The notes under the pieces: model-generated
The model's database searches: none
The model's input: only the letters and a program-made list of their open reading frames with translations
What the model was told of the DNA's origin: nothing
In this document: positions 26,931 to 41,100 of the stretch, in pieces
Numbering within the stretch: the first letter of the stretch is position 1
Layout of the letters: every line of letters begins with the position of its first letter
Made by a program: the position numbers and the translations under genes
Assembly: GCF_037042905.1 (NCBI RefSeq)
Contig: NC_087245.1
Location: 24,864,001 to 24,928,000, forward strand
Origin: Lytechinus pictus
Taxonomy: Eukaryota
DNA length: 64,000 bases
Direction: 5' to 3'

Positions 26931-27099
26931 AGATGGCCACATTCAGAGTCTTTATATTATCAGGGTCAATGAGAGGCCGCCAATATCAACTGAAGTAGTT
27001 TGCCTTGTTAAAAAATTGAATTGAATTCAACTTCCTACCAAAATAATCACTGCCAGCATGGTCAGGTACATTGACATGAAACAGTACATTATAAAAACA

Positions 27100-28390
27100 T
27101 TTGAAAATTGGAGGGAAAAATGAAGAGTCATTAGAGCGCATCCTGTCGGAAAAGAGAAAAATACATCATTAGTTATGGGAAACGAGAATACACATACTTA
27201 CAAAGTAATTACAATTTCAATTCAGGTAAATATGAAAAAGAAAATTTGAAAATGACTTTCTTTTCTGTATCATCTACGCTGATTTTATTATTCTAAATAA
27301 AAGATGAGAAGTAAAACAAATATGTTAGCAGGTTCGCTGAAAGAACCCCAGCAAAAAAAAGGGGAAGAAAAGTCGATCAGTGATTAGAAAAGGAATAAAC
27401 ATGTTAGCTGGGCCCGGAGGAGCGCCAATAGAAGCCAGAGTTGCTCCCCCAGATTAAAAAAAAACCTCCTCATAAAAAACAGCCTGAAAAGAGAAATAAA
27501 AATACATTTGTACGAAGAAACAGACATGTACTAGAATTGCATAGTTAACAAAAGCTTATGTATTTCAATAAATAATATTGCATGTCCTGTAGGCATATAT
27601 TTAAAAAATGTGACTATTGTTTTTTGTAACAGCTACTCTGGATTTGAGAATGGAAGAAAGGAATAAATGCAAATATTTTGTTAGTAAGGGCCGCCGGAAT
27701 ACCGCCAACAATAGCTGAAGTGGCTCTCCTAGAAAAATAAGAGTAATTAAAACATACTTTAACAGAGCTGCATTAAAAGAACAAATATTTATGTCGACAT
27801 ATGAATGAGCATTAACATTTGGTAGTTGGAAAGAAAAAAAGAGATGAATCATGAGAACGCATCATGGCGGAAAAGAGGAAAATACGTCAGAAATTCTGGG
27901 AAACGAGAATGATTGATTTAAAAAAAATATGTTAGCAAGATCGCTGGAAGAACGCCCAAAAGTCGAAGTTGATAATGTGTGAATAAGAATCAATTAGGAG
28001 CGCCATTATAAGCAAAGTGGCTACCCCATGCACGTGAAAAAAAAATCTTATTGAATAAAAAAACCGCCTTCAGCTTGAAAAGGGGAAAATATACATATTA
28101 AGATTCGCATAGTTAACAGCTTATACATTTCAATCAATATTACATGTCATAAACGTAGATCTTTATTGAAAAACCGGACTTTTGTCTTTGTAACAGTTAC
28201 TCTGAATTTGAGAATTGAAGAAAGGAATAAATGCAAATATGTTAGTTAGGGCTGCCGAATACCGCCAATAAAAGCTGAAGTGGCTACCCTAAAAAATAAG
28301 AATCATATTTATGGGTATTAAACACACTTTAACAGAGCTGCAGGAAGAACACAAATAAAACCCAAAATGGCACCCTGAGTAAACAAGACG
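27100..28390. repeat. diverged ~720-bp direct duplication containing satellite-1-like monomer remnants
   Basis: gcgcatcctgtcggaaaagagaaaaatacatc (~27136) vs acgcatcatggcggaaaagaggaaaatacgtc (~27857); tttgagaat.gaagaaaggaataaatgcaaatat at ~27642 and ~28208. Confidence 0.75.
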
Positions 28391-29142
28391 TGACATTAAT
28401 AGCATACATTTTAATTGATGTCCAGTAGGTCCGGCCGTGTGTAGGGTTAATTAAAGTCGCTAGCAAAGTAGAAAATCAAGATTTCAACATTCAACACTGC
28501 CAATAAATGCTGATGTTACCCTGTGCAGACAAAATTTATTATCAATGTTATGAGCATGATTCATAATTATCCAGCGTGAAAACAAGAAGTGAGGGGATTC
28601 GGAGAGAAAATGAAATTGAAATGATCCAGGAAATGTATCCTGTGTATCAATGTCTCCCTTGGTCTTGGACGCCATAACTATGTTTTCACCAGAGCTTTCC
28701 TGAATATAAATGATCATTATGATACTGTTAAGATTACATAATATAAAGAATTTAGAAATATCAAATTTTAGGCATTTTAATTCCAATTGGCCTGATCAAA
28801 GATTAAGTTGACTTTCCTTTTATTTAACAGCACATATGGGATACACATTTAATAACAAGTATACAACTGTAAATGTACGTTCTCGTTAAAATTCGATATC
28901 TCTTAGAACTCATTCCATTTTGCGGAATCTTTGAAGATTGTACTTTCTATGTAATTCCTTCTTTCTTTCCTTCTCATAGTACAAAGGAGATCATTTAAGT
29001 GAATAATAGAATTATGTATTTCATAAAATTATAGGTTTATGGCTTGTGATTAATGTCGGAGCAAGATGGCAGATCAGTTGAAAATTACCTACCTTGTTTC
29101 TTACCTTTGTATGCATTACAGAGGGTAAACATAATCGGCAGA

Positions 29143-32100
29143 AATGTTGGATGAAAGGGCGACATGTTGGATGGAAGGTGACTTGTTGGAAGGGCGACAT
29201 TTTGGATGAAAGGCGACTTATTGCTACATGATGAAAGGGTGACATGTTGTATACGGAAGGTGGCTTATTTCTGTATGATAAAAGGGCGACATTTGGATGA
29301 AAGACGACTTCTTGGATAGAAGGCGATCTGTTTCTGTACGATGGAGGGCGAAATTTTGGATGAAAGGCGACTAGCTGCTGTATGATGAAAGGCATCTTGT
29401 TTCAGATGAAAGGGCGACTTGTTGCTGTATGATGAAAGGGAAACACGTTGGATAGAAGGCGACTTGCTTCTGTATGGTGAAATGACGACATTCTGGATGA
29501 AAGGCGACTAGTTGCTGTATGATGAAAGGCGTCTTGTTTCAGATGAAAGGGCGACGTGTTGTTGCATAACGATGAAAGGGTTTCATGAAAGGTGACTTGT
29601 TGCATGATAAGGCGGCTTGCTTCTGTATGATGAAAGGGTGAAAGGGCGACATGTTGGATGGAAGGCGACTTTTTTTCTGTATGGCGAAAGGGTGGCATTT
29701 TGGATGAAAGGCGAGTTGGTGTAGAATGATGAAAGGCTGACATATTGTACAAAGGGTGGCTTGTTGCTGTATGATGAAAGGGCGACATTTTGGTTGAAAG
29801 GGCGACTTGTTGGATGAAATGGTGACACTTTGGATGAAAGGCGACTTGTTTCTGTATGATGAAAGGACAACATTTTGGATGAAAGGCTACTAGTTGCAGT
29901 ATGATGAAAGGGCGACATTTTGGATGAAAAACGACTTGTATGATGAAATGGTGACATATTGTACGAAACGTGGCTTGTTGCTGTATGATGAAATGCGTCT
30001 TGTTGTTGTATGATGAAAGGGCGACATGCTGAAATATGATGAAAGGGTGACGTGTTACTGTATAATGATGAAAAGGTCCATGTTGTACGAAAGGTGACTT
30101 GTTGCAGTATGATGAAAGGGCGCTATTTTGGCTGAAAGGCGACTTTTTCCTGTATGATGAAAGGGCGACATTTTGGATGAAACGCGACTAATCCTGTATG
30201 ATGAAAGGGCGACATTTTGGATTAAAGGCGAATTATTCCTATATGATGGAAGGCCGACATTTTGGATTAAAGCTGTCTTGTTGCTGTATGATGAAATGCG
30301 TCTTGTTTCAGATGAAAGGGCGACATGTTGCAGTATGATGAAAGGGTGACGTGTCGTTGCATAATGATGAAAGGGTCTCATGACAGTTGACTTGTTGCAT
30401 GATAAGGCGGCTTGCTTCTGTATGATGAAATGATGAAAGACAACTTTTTGTAGCATGATGAAACGGTGGCTTGTTCCTATGCGATGAAAGGGCGACATGT
30501 TGGATGGAAGGCGAATTTTTTTCTGTATATATTGTACAAAAGGTGGCTTGTTTCTGTATGATGAAAGGGCGACATTTTGGTTGAAAGGGCGACTTGTTGG
30601 ATGAAATGGTGACATTTCGGATGAAAGGGTGAGATTTTGGAAGGGTGGCATTGTGGATGAAAGGGCGACTTGTTGCATTATAAGGCGTCGTGTTGATGTA
30701 TGATTAAAAGAGCGACTTGTTTTGGATGGAAGGCGTCTTGTTGCTGTATGATGAAAGGGCGATATTTTGGATGAAAGGCGGCTTGCTGCTGAGTGATCAA
30801 AGGGCGACATTTTGGATGAAAGGCGTCTTGTTGCTGTCTGATGAAATGACATGTTGGATGAAAGGCGACTTGTTGCGGTATGAAAGGGCGATATTTTGGA
30901 TGAAAGGGGGCTTGCTGCTGAGTGATCAAAGGGCGACATTTTGGATGAAATGAGACTTGTTGCTGTACAATGAAAGGGCGACATATATGAAAGGCGACTT
31001 ATTGCATATTAAGGCGGCTTGATCCTGTATGATGAAAGGTGACTTATTGTAATATGATGAAAGGACAGCATTTTTGGATGAAAGGCGACTAGTTGCAGTA
31101 TGATGAAAGGGCGACATTATTTATGAAAAACGACTTGTGTGATGAAATGGTGACATATTCTACGAAATGTGGCTTGTTGCTGTATGATGAAATGCGTCTT
31201 TTTGTTGTATGATGAAAGGGCGACATGCTGAAATATGACAGGGTGACGTGTTACTGTAAGATGAAAAGGTCTCATGTTGTACGAAAGGTGACTTGTGACA
31301 GTATGATGAAAGGGCGCTATTTTAGATGAAAGGTGGCTTTTTCCTGTATAATGAAAGGACGTCATGTTGCAGTATGATAAAAGCGACATGTTGAGCACAC
31401 TGTATGGTGAAAGGGCGATAATTTGGATGAATTGGCGACATTTTGGAGGAAAGGGTGACATTTTGGATGAAAGGAGACATTGTGGAAGAAAGAGCGACAT
31501 TTTGGATGAAGGCCGACTTGTTGTAGTATGATGAAAGGGTGACATTATGGTTGAAAGGGCGACTTGTTAGATGGAAGGCGTCTTGTTAGATGGAAGGCGT
31601 CTTGTTGCTCTATGATGAAAGGCGTCTTATTTCAGATGAAGGGGTGACACGTTGCAGTATGATGAAAGGGCGACATGTTGCTGCATAATGATGAAAGGGT
31701 CTCATATAGTAGGAAGGCGACTTGTGGCATTCTGGCGTCTTGTTGTTGTATGATGAAAGGGCGACATGTTGCAGTATGATGAAAGGGTGACATGCTGCTG
31801 CATTAAGATGAAAGGGACTCGAAAGGTGGCTTGTTGCTGTATGATGAAAGGCGTCTTGTTGTAAGATGAAAGGGCGACATGATTATTGCAGTATGATGAA
31901 AGGGCGACTTGTTCTGCATAATGATGAAAGGGTCTGTTGTACGAAGTTGACTTGTTGTAGTATGATAAAAGCGTGTTATTTTTAATGAAAGGCGGCTTAT
32001 TCTTGTATGATGAAAGGGAGACATCAAAGTTTTGGATGAAAGGTCACTTGGTGCTGTATGATGAAAAGGCGACAATTTGGATGAAAGACGATCTGTTGTA

Positions 32101-35100
32101 TGATGATAGGGTGACATGTTAGATAAAGGCGACTTGTTGTGGTATGAAAGGGCGACATGTTGAATGAAAGGGCAACTTGTTTCTGTATGATGAAAGGGCG
32201 ACAATTTAGATGAAAGGTGAATTGTTGCTGTATGATAAAAGGATGACATCTTGCTGTATGATGAAAGGGCGACATGTTGGATGAAAGGCGACTTGTTAAT
32301 GTATGATGAAAGGGCGGCATGTTGGATGAAAAACGACTTGTATGATGAAATGGTGACATATTGTACGAAACGTGGCTTGTTGCTGTATGATGAAATGCGT
32401 CTTGTTGTTGTATGATGAAAGGGCGACATGCTGAAATATGATGAAAGGGTGACGTGTTACTGTATAATGATGAAAAGGTCCATGTTGTACGAAAGGTGAC
32501 TTGTTGCAGTATGATGAAAGGGCGCTATTTTGGCTGAAAGGCGACTTTTTCCTGTATGATGAAAGGGCGACATTTTGGATGAAACGCGACTAATCCTGTA
32601 TGATGAAAGGGCGACATTTTGGATTAAAGGCGAATTATTCCTATATGATGGAAGGCCGACATTTTGGATGAAAGCTGTCTTGTTGCTGTATGATGAAATG
32701 CGTCTTGTTTCAGATGAAAGGGCGACATGTTGCAGTATGATGAAAGGGCGACGTGTCGTTGCATAATGATGAAAGGGTCTCATGACAGTTGACTTGTTGC
32801 ATGATAAGGCGGCTTGCTTCTGTATGATGAAAGGATGAAAGACAACTTTTTGTAGCATGGTGAAACGGTGGCTTGTTCCTATGCGATGAAAGGGCGACAT
32901 GTTGGATGGAAGGCGAATTTTTTTCTGTATATATTGTACAAAAGGTGGCTTGTTGCTGTATGATGAAAGGGCGACATTTTGGTTGAAAGGGCGACTTGTT
33001 AATTTATGATGAAAGGGCGACAATTTAGATGAAAGGTGAATTGTTGCTGTATGATAAAAGGATGACATCTTGCTGTATGATGAAAGGGCGACATGTTGGA
33101 TGAAAGGCGACTTGTTAATGTATGATGAAAGGGCGGCATGTTGGATGAAAGGCGATTTACTGCATTATGATTGAGGCAACATGTTGCTGTATGATGAAAT
33201 GGCGGCATATTGTATGAAAGGCGACTTGTTGCTGTGTGATGAAAGGGTGACATGTTGGATGAAAGGTAACTTGTTGCGGTATGAAAGGGCGATATTTTGG
33301 ATGAAAGGGGGCTTGCTGCTGAGTGATCAAAGGGCGACATTTTGGATGAAATAAGACTTGTTGCTGTACAATGAAAGGGCGACATATATGAAAGGCGACT
33401 TATTGCATATTAAGGCGGCTTGATCCTGTATGATGAAAGGTGACTTATTGTAATATGATGAAAGGACAGCATTTTTGGATGAAAGGCGACTAGTTGCAGT
33501 ATGATGAAAGGGCGACATTATTTATGAAAAACGACTTGTGTGATGAAATGGTGACATATTCTACGAAATGTGGCTTGTTGCTGTATGATGAAATGCGTCT
33601 TTTTGTTGTATGATGAAAGGGCGACATGCTGAAATATGACAGGGTGACGTGTTACTGTAAGATGAAAAGGTCTCATGTTGTACGAAAGGTGACTTGTGAC
33701 AGTATGATGAAAGGGCGCTATTTTAGATGAAAGGTGGCTTTTTCCTGTATAATGAAAGGACGTCATGTTGCAGTATGATAAAAGCGACATGTTGAGCACA
33801 CTGTATGGTGAAAGGGCGATAATTTGGATGAATTGGCGACATTTTGGAGGAAAGGGTGACATTTTGGATGAAAGGAGACATTGTGGAAGAAAGAGCGACA
33901 TTTTGGATGAAGGCCGACTTGTTGTAGTATGATGAAAGGGTGACATTATGGTTGAAAGGGCGACTTGTTAGATGGAAGGCGTCTTGTTAGATGGAAGGCG
34001 TCTTGTTGCTCTATGATGAAAGGCGTCTTATTTCAGATGAAGGGGTGACACGTTGCAGTATGATGAAAGGGCGACATGTTGCTGCATAATGATGAAAGGG
34101 TCTCATATAGTAGGAAGGCGACTTGTGGCATTCTGGCGTCTTGTTGTTGTATGATGAAAGGGCGACATGTTGCAGTATGATGAAAGGGTGACATGCTGCT
34201 GCATTAAGATGAAAGGGACTCGAAAGGTGGCTTGTTGCTGTATGATGAAAGGCGTCTTGTTGTAAGATGAAAGGGCGACATGATTATTGCAGTATGATGA
34301 AAGGGCGACTTGTTCTGCATAATGATGAAAGGGTCTGTTGTACGAAGTTGACTTGTTGTAGTATGATAAAAGCGTGTTATTTTTAATGAAAGGCGGCTTA
34401 TTCTTGTATGATGAAAGGGAGACATCAAAGTTTTGGATGAAAGGTCACTTGGTGCTGTATGATGAAAAGGCGACAATTTGGATGAAAGACGATCTGTTGT
34501 ATGATGATAGGGTGACATGTTAGATAAAGGCGACTTGTTGTGGTATGAAAGGGCGACATGTTGAATGAAAGGGCAACTTGTTTCTGTATGATGAAAGGGC
34601 GACAATTTAGATGAAAGGTGAATTGTTGCTGTATGATAAAAGGATGACATCTTGCTGTATGATGAAAGGGCGACATGTTGGATGAAAGGCGACTTGTTAA
34701 TGTATGATGAAAGGGCGGCATGTTGGATGAAAAACGACTTGTATGATGAAATGGTGACATATTGTACGAAACGTGGCTTGTTGCTGTATGATGAAATGCG
34801 TCTTGTTGTTGTATGATGAAAGGGCGACATGCTGAAATATGATGAAAGGGTGACGTGTTACTGTATAATGATGAAAAGGTCCATGTTGTACGAAAGGTGA
34901 CTTGTTGCAGTATGATGAAAGGGCGCTATTTTGGCTGAAAGGCGACTTTTTCCTGTATGATGAAAGGGCGACATTTTGGATGAAACGCGACTAATCCTGT
35001 ATGATGAAAGGGCGACATTTTGGATTAAAGGCGAATTATTCCTATATGATGGAAGGCCGACATTTTGGATGAAAGCTGTCTTGTTGCTGTATGATGAAAT

Positions 35101-38100
35101 GCGTCTTGTTTCAGATGAAAGGGCGACATGTTGCAGTATGATGAAAGGGCGACGTGTCGTTGCATAATGATGAAAGGGTCTCATGACAGTTGACTTGTTG
35201 CATGATAAGGCGGCTTGCTTCTGTATGATGAAAGGATGAAAGACAACTTTTTGTAGCATGGTGAAACGGTGGCTTGTTCCTATGCGATGAAAGGGCGACA
35301 TGTTGGATGGAAGGCGAATTTTTTTCTGTATATATTGTACAAAAGGTGGCTTGTTGCTGTATGATGAAAGGGCGACATTTTGGTTGAAAGGGCGACTTGT
35401 TAATTTATGATGAAAGGGCGACAATTTAGATGAAAGGTGAATTGTTGCTGTATGATAAAAGGATGACATCTTGCTGTATGATGAAAGGGCGACATGTTGG
35501 ATGAAAGGCGACTTGTTAATGTATGATGAAAGGGCGGCATGTTGGATGAAAGGCGATTTACTGCATTATGATTGAGGCAACATGTTGCTGTATGATGAAA
35601 TGGCGGCATATTGTATGAAAGGCGACTTGTTGCTGTGTGATGAAAGGGTGACATGTTGGATGAAAGGTAACTTGTTGCGGTATGAAAGGGCGATATTTTG
35701 GATGAAAGGGGGCTTGCTGCTGAGTGATCAAAGGGCGACATTTTGGATGAAATGAGACTTGTTGCTGTACAATGAAAGGGCGACATATATGAAAGGCGAC
35801 TTATTGCATATTAAGGCGGCTTGATCCTGTATGATGAAAGGTGACTTATTGTAATATGATGAAAGGACAGCATTTTTGGATGAAAGGCGACTAGTTGCAG
35901 TATGATGAAAGGGCGACATTATTTATGAAAAACGACTTGTGTGATGAAATGGTGACATATTCTACGAAATGTGGCTTGTTGCTGTATGATGAAATGCGTC
36001 TTTTTGTTGTATGATGAAAGGGCGACATGCTGAAATATGACAGGGTGACGTGTTACTGTAAGATGAAAAGGTCTCATGTTGTACGAAAGGTGACTTGTGA
36101 CAGTATGATGAAAGGGCGCTATTTTAGATGAAAGGTGGCTTTTTCCTGTATAATGAAAGGACGTCATGTTGCAGTATGATAAAAGCGACATGTTGAGCAC
36201 ACTGTATGGTGAAAGGGCGATAATTTGGATGAATTGGCGACATTTTGGAGGAAAGGGTGACATTTTGGATGAAAGGAGACATTGTGGAAGAAAGAGCGAC
36301 ATTTTGGATGAAGGCCGACTTGTTGTAGTATGATGAAAGGGTGACATTATGGTTGAAAGGGCGACTTGTTAGATGGAAGGCGTCTTGTTAGATGGAAGGC
36401 GTCTTGTTGCTCTATGATGAAAGGCGTCTTATTTCAGATGAAGGGGTGACACGTTGCAGTATGATGAAAGGGCGACATGTTGCTGCATAATGATGAAAGG
36501 GTTTCATATAGTAGGAAGGCGACTTGTGGCATTCTGGCGTCTTGTTGTTGTATGATGAAAGGGCGACATGTTGCAGTATGATGAAAGGGTGACATGCTGC
36601 TGCATTAAGATGAAAGGGACTCGAAAGGTGGCTTGTTGCTGTATGATGAAAGGCGTCTTGTTGTAAGATGAAAGGGCGACATGATTATTGCAGTATGATG
36701 AAAGGGCGACTTGTTCTGCATAATGATGAAAGGGTCTGTTGTACGAAGTTGACTTGTTGTAGTATGATAAAAGCGTGTTATTTTTAATGAAAGGCGGCTT
36801 ATTCTTGTATGATGAAAGGGAGACATCAAAGTTTTGGATGAAAGGTCACTTGGTGCTGTATGATGAAAAGGCGACAATTTGGATGAAAGACGATCTGTTG
36901 TATGATGATAGGGTGACATGTTAGATAAAGGCGACTTGTTGTGGTATGAAAGGGCGACATGTTGAATGAAAGGGCAACTTGTTTCTGTATGATGAAAGGG
37001 CGACAATTTAGATGAAAGGTGAATTGTTGCTGTATGATAAAAGGATGACATCTTGCTGTATGATGAAAGGGCGACATGTTGGATGAAAGGCGACTTGTTA
37101 ATGTATGATGAAAGGGCGGCATGTTGGATGAAAAACGACTTGTATGATGAAATGGTGACATATTGTACGAAACGTGGCTTGTTGCTGTATGATGAAATGC
37201 GTCTTGTTGTTGTATGATGAAAGGGCGACATGCTGAAATATGATGAAAGGGTGACGTGTTACTGTATAATGATGAAAAGGTCCATGTTGTACGAAAGGTG
37301 ACTTGTTGCAGTATGATGAAAGGGCGCTATTTTGGCTGAAAGGCGACTTTTTCCTGTATGATGAAAGGGCGACATTTTGGATGAAACGCGACTAATCCTG
37401 TATGATGAAAGGGCGACATTTTGGATTAAAGGCGAATTATTCCTATATGATGGAAGGCCGACATTTTGGATGAAAGCTGTCTTGTTGCTGTATGATGAAA
37501 TGCGTCTTGTTTCAGATGAAAGGGCGACATGTTGCAGTATGATGAAAGGGCGACGTGTCGTTGCATAATGATGAAAGGGTCTCATGACAGTTGACTTGTT
37601 GCATGATAAGGCGGCTTGCTTCTGTATGATGAAAGGATGAAAGACAACTTTTTGTAGCATGGTGAAACGGTGGCTTGTTCCTATGCGATGAAAGGGCGAC
37701 ATGTTGGATGGAAGGCGAATTTTTTTCTGTATATATTGTACAAAAGGTGGCTTGTTGCTGTATGATGAAAGGGCGACATTTTGGTTGAAAGGGCGACTTG
37801 TTAATTTATGATGAAAGGGCGACAATTTAGATGAAAGGTGAATTGTTGCTGTATGATAAAAGGATGACATCTTGCTGTATGATGAAAGGGCGACATGTTG
37901 GATGAAAGGCGACTTGTTAATGTATGATGAAAGGGCGGCATGTTGGATGAAAGGCGATTTACTGCATTATGATTGAGGCAACATGTTGCTGTATGATGAA
38001 ATGGCGGCATATTGTATGAAAGGCGACTTGTTGCTGTGTGATGAAAGGGTGACATGTTGGATGAAAGGTAACTTGTTGCGGTATGAAAGGGCGATATTTT

Positions 38101-41100
38101 GGATGAAAGGGGGCTTGCTGCTGAGTGATCAAAGGGCGACATTTTGGATGAAATGAGACTTGTTGCTGTACAATGAAAGGGCGACATATATGAAAGGCGA
38201 CTTATTGCATATTAAGGCGGCTTGATCCTGTATGATGAAAGGTGACTTATTGTAATATGATGAAAGGACAGCATTTTTGGATGAAAGGCGACTAGTTGCA
38301 GTATGATGAAAGGGCGACATTATTTATGAAAAACGACTTGTGTGATGAAATGGTGACATATTCTACGAAATGTGGCTTGTTGCTGTATGATGAAATGCGT
38401 CTTTTTGTTGTATGATGAAAGGGCGACATGCTGAAATATGACAGGGTGACGTGTTACTGTAAGATGAAAAGGTCTCATGTTGTACGAAAGGTGACTTGTG
38501 ACAGTATGATGAAAGGGCGCTATTTTAGATGAAAGGTGGCTTTTTCCTGTATAATGAAAGGACGTCATGTTGCAGTATGATAAAAGCGACATGTTGAGCA
38601 CACTGTATGGTGAAAGGGCGATAATTTGGATGAATTGGCGACATTTTGGAGGAAAGGGTGACATTTTGGATGAAAGGAGACATTGTGGAAGAAAGAGCGA
38701 CATTTTGGATGAAGGCCGACTTGTTGTAGTATGATGAAAGGGTGACATTATGGTTGAAAGGGCGACTTGTTAGATGGAAGGCGTCTTGTTAGATGGAAGG
38801 CGTCTTGTTGCTCTATGATGAAAGGCGTCTTATTTCAGATGAAGGGGTGACACGTTGCAGTATGATGAAAGGGCGACATGTTGCTGCATAATGATGAAAG
38901 GGTCTCATATAGTAGGAAGGCGACTTGTGGCATTCTGGCGTCTTGTTGTTGTATGATGAAAGGGCGACATGTTGCAGTATGATGAAAGGGTGACATGCTG
39001 CTGCATTAAGATGAAAGGGACTCGAAAGGTGGCTTGTTGCTGTATGATGAAAGGCGTCTTGTTGTAAGATGAAAGGGCGACATGATTATTGCAGTATGAT
39101 GAAAGGGCGACTTGTTCTGCATAATGATGAAAGGGTCTGTTGTACGAAGTTGACTTGTTGTAGTATGATAAAAGCGTGTTATTTTTAATGAAAGGCGGCT
39201 TATTCTTGTATGATGAAAGGGAGACATCAAAGTTTTGGATGAAAGGTCACTTGGTGCTGTATGATGAAAAGGCGACAATTTGGATGAAAGACGATCTGTT
39301 GTATGATGATAGGGTGACATGTTAGATAAAGGCGACTTGTTGTGGTATGAAAGGGCGACATGTTGAATGAAAGGGCAACTTGTTTCTGTATGATGAAAGG
39401 GCGACAATTTAGATGAAAGGTGAATTGTTGCTGTATGATAAAAGGATGACATCTTGCTGTATGATGAAAGGGCGACATGTTGGATGAAAGGCGACTTGTT
39501 AATGTATGATGAAAGGGCGGCATGTTGGATGAAAAACGACTTGTATGATGAAATGGTGACATATTGTACGAAACGTGGCTTGTTGCTGTATGATGAAATG
39601 CGTCTTGTTGTTGTATGATGAAAGGGCGACATGCTGAAATATGATGAAAGGGTGACGTGTTACTGTATAATGATGAAAAGGTCCATGTTGTACGAAAGGT
39701 GACTTGTTGCAGTATGATGAAAGGGCGCTATTTTGGCTGAAAGGCGACTTTTTCCTGTATGATGAAAGGGCGACATTTTGGATGAAACGCGACTAATCCT
39801 GTATGATGAAAGGGCGACATTTTGGATTAAAGGCGAATTATTCCTATATGATGGAAGGCCGACATTTTGGATGAAAGCTGTCTTGTTGCTGTATGATGAA
39901 ATGCGTCTTGTTTCAGATGAAAGGGCGACATGTTGCAGTATGATGAAAGGGCGACGTGTCGTTGCATAATGATGAAAGGGTCTCATGACAGTTGACTTGT
40001 TGCATGATAAGGCGGCTTGCTTCTGTATGATGAAAGGATGAAAGACAACTTTTTGTAGCATGGTGAAACGGTGGCTTGTTCCTATGCGATGAAAGGGCGA
40101 CATGTTGGATGGAAGGCGAATTTTTTTCTGTATATATTGTACAAAAGGTGGCTTGTTGCTGTATGATGAAAGGGCGACATTTTGGTTGAAAGGGCGACTT
40201 GTTAATTTATGATGAAAGGGCGACAATTTAGATGAAAGGTGAATTGTTGCTGTATGATAAAAGGATGACATCTTGCTGTATGATGAAAGGGCGACATGTT
40301 GGATGAAAGGCGACTTGTTAATGTATGATGAAAGGGCGGCATGTTGGATGAAAGGCGATTTACTGCATTATGATTGAGGCAACATGTTGCTGTATGATGA
40401 AATGGCGGCATATTGTATGAAAGGCGACTTGTTGCTGTGTGATGAAAGGGTGACATGTTGGATGAAAGGTAACTTGTTGCGGTATGAAAGGGCGATATTT
40501 TGGATGAAAGGGGGCTTGCTGCTGAGTGATCAAAGGGCGACATTTTGGATGAAATGAGACTTGTTGCTGTACAATGAAAGGGCGACATATATGAAAGGCG
40601 ACTTATTGCATATTAAGGCGGCTTGATCCTGTATGATGAAAGGTGACTTATTGTAATATGATGAAAGGACAGCATTTTTGGATGAAAGGCGACTAGTTGC
40701 AGTATGATGAAAGGGCGACATTATTTATGAAAAACGACTTGTGTGATGAAATGGTGACATATTCTACGAAATGTGGCTTGTTGCTGTATGATGAAATGCG
40801 TCTTTTTGTTGTATGATGAAAGGGCGACATGCTGAAATATGACAGGGTGACGTGTTACTGTAAGATGAAAAGGTCTCATGTTGTACGAAAGGTGACTTGT
40901 GACAGTATGATGAAAGGGCGCTATTTTAGATGAAAGGTGGCTTTTTCCTGTATAATGAAAGGACGTCATGTTGCAGTATGATAAAAGCGACATGTTGAGC
41001 ACACTGTATGGTGAAAGGGCGATAATTTGGATGAATTGGCGACATTTTGGAGGAAAGGGTGACATTTTGGATGAAAGGAGACATTGTGGAAGAAAGAGCG

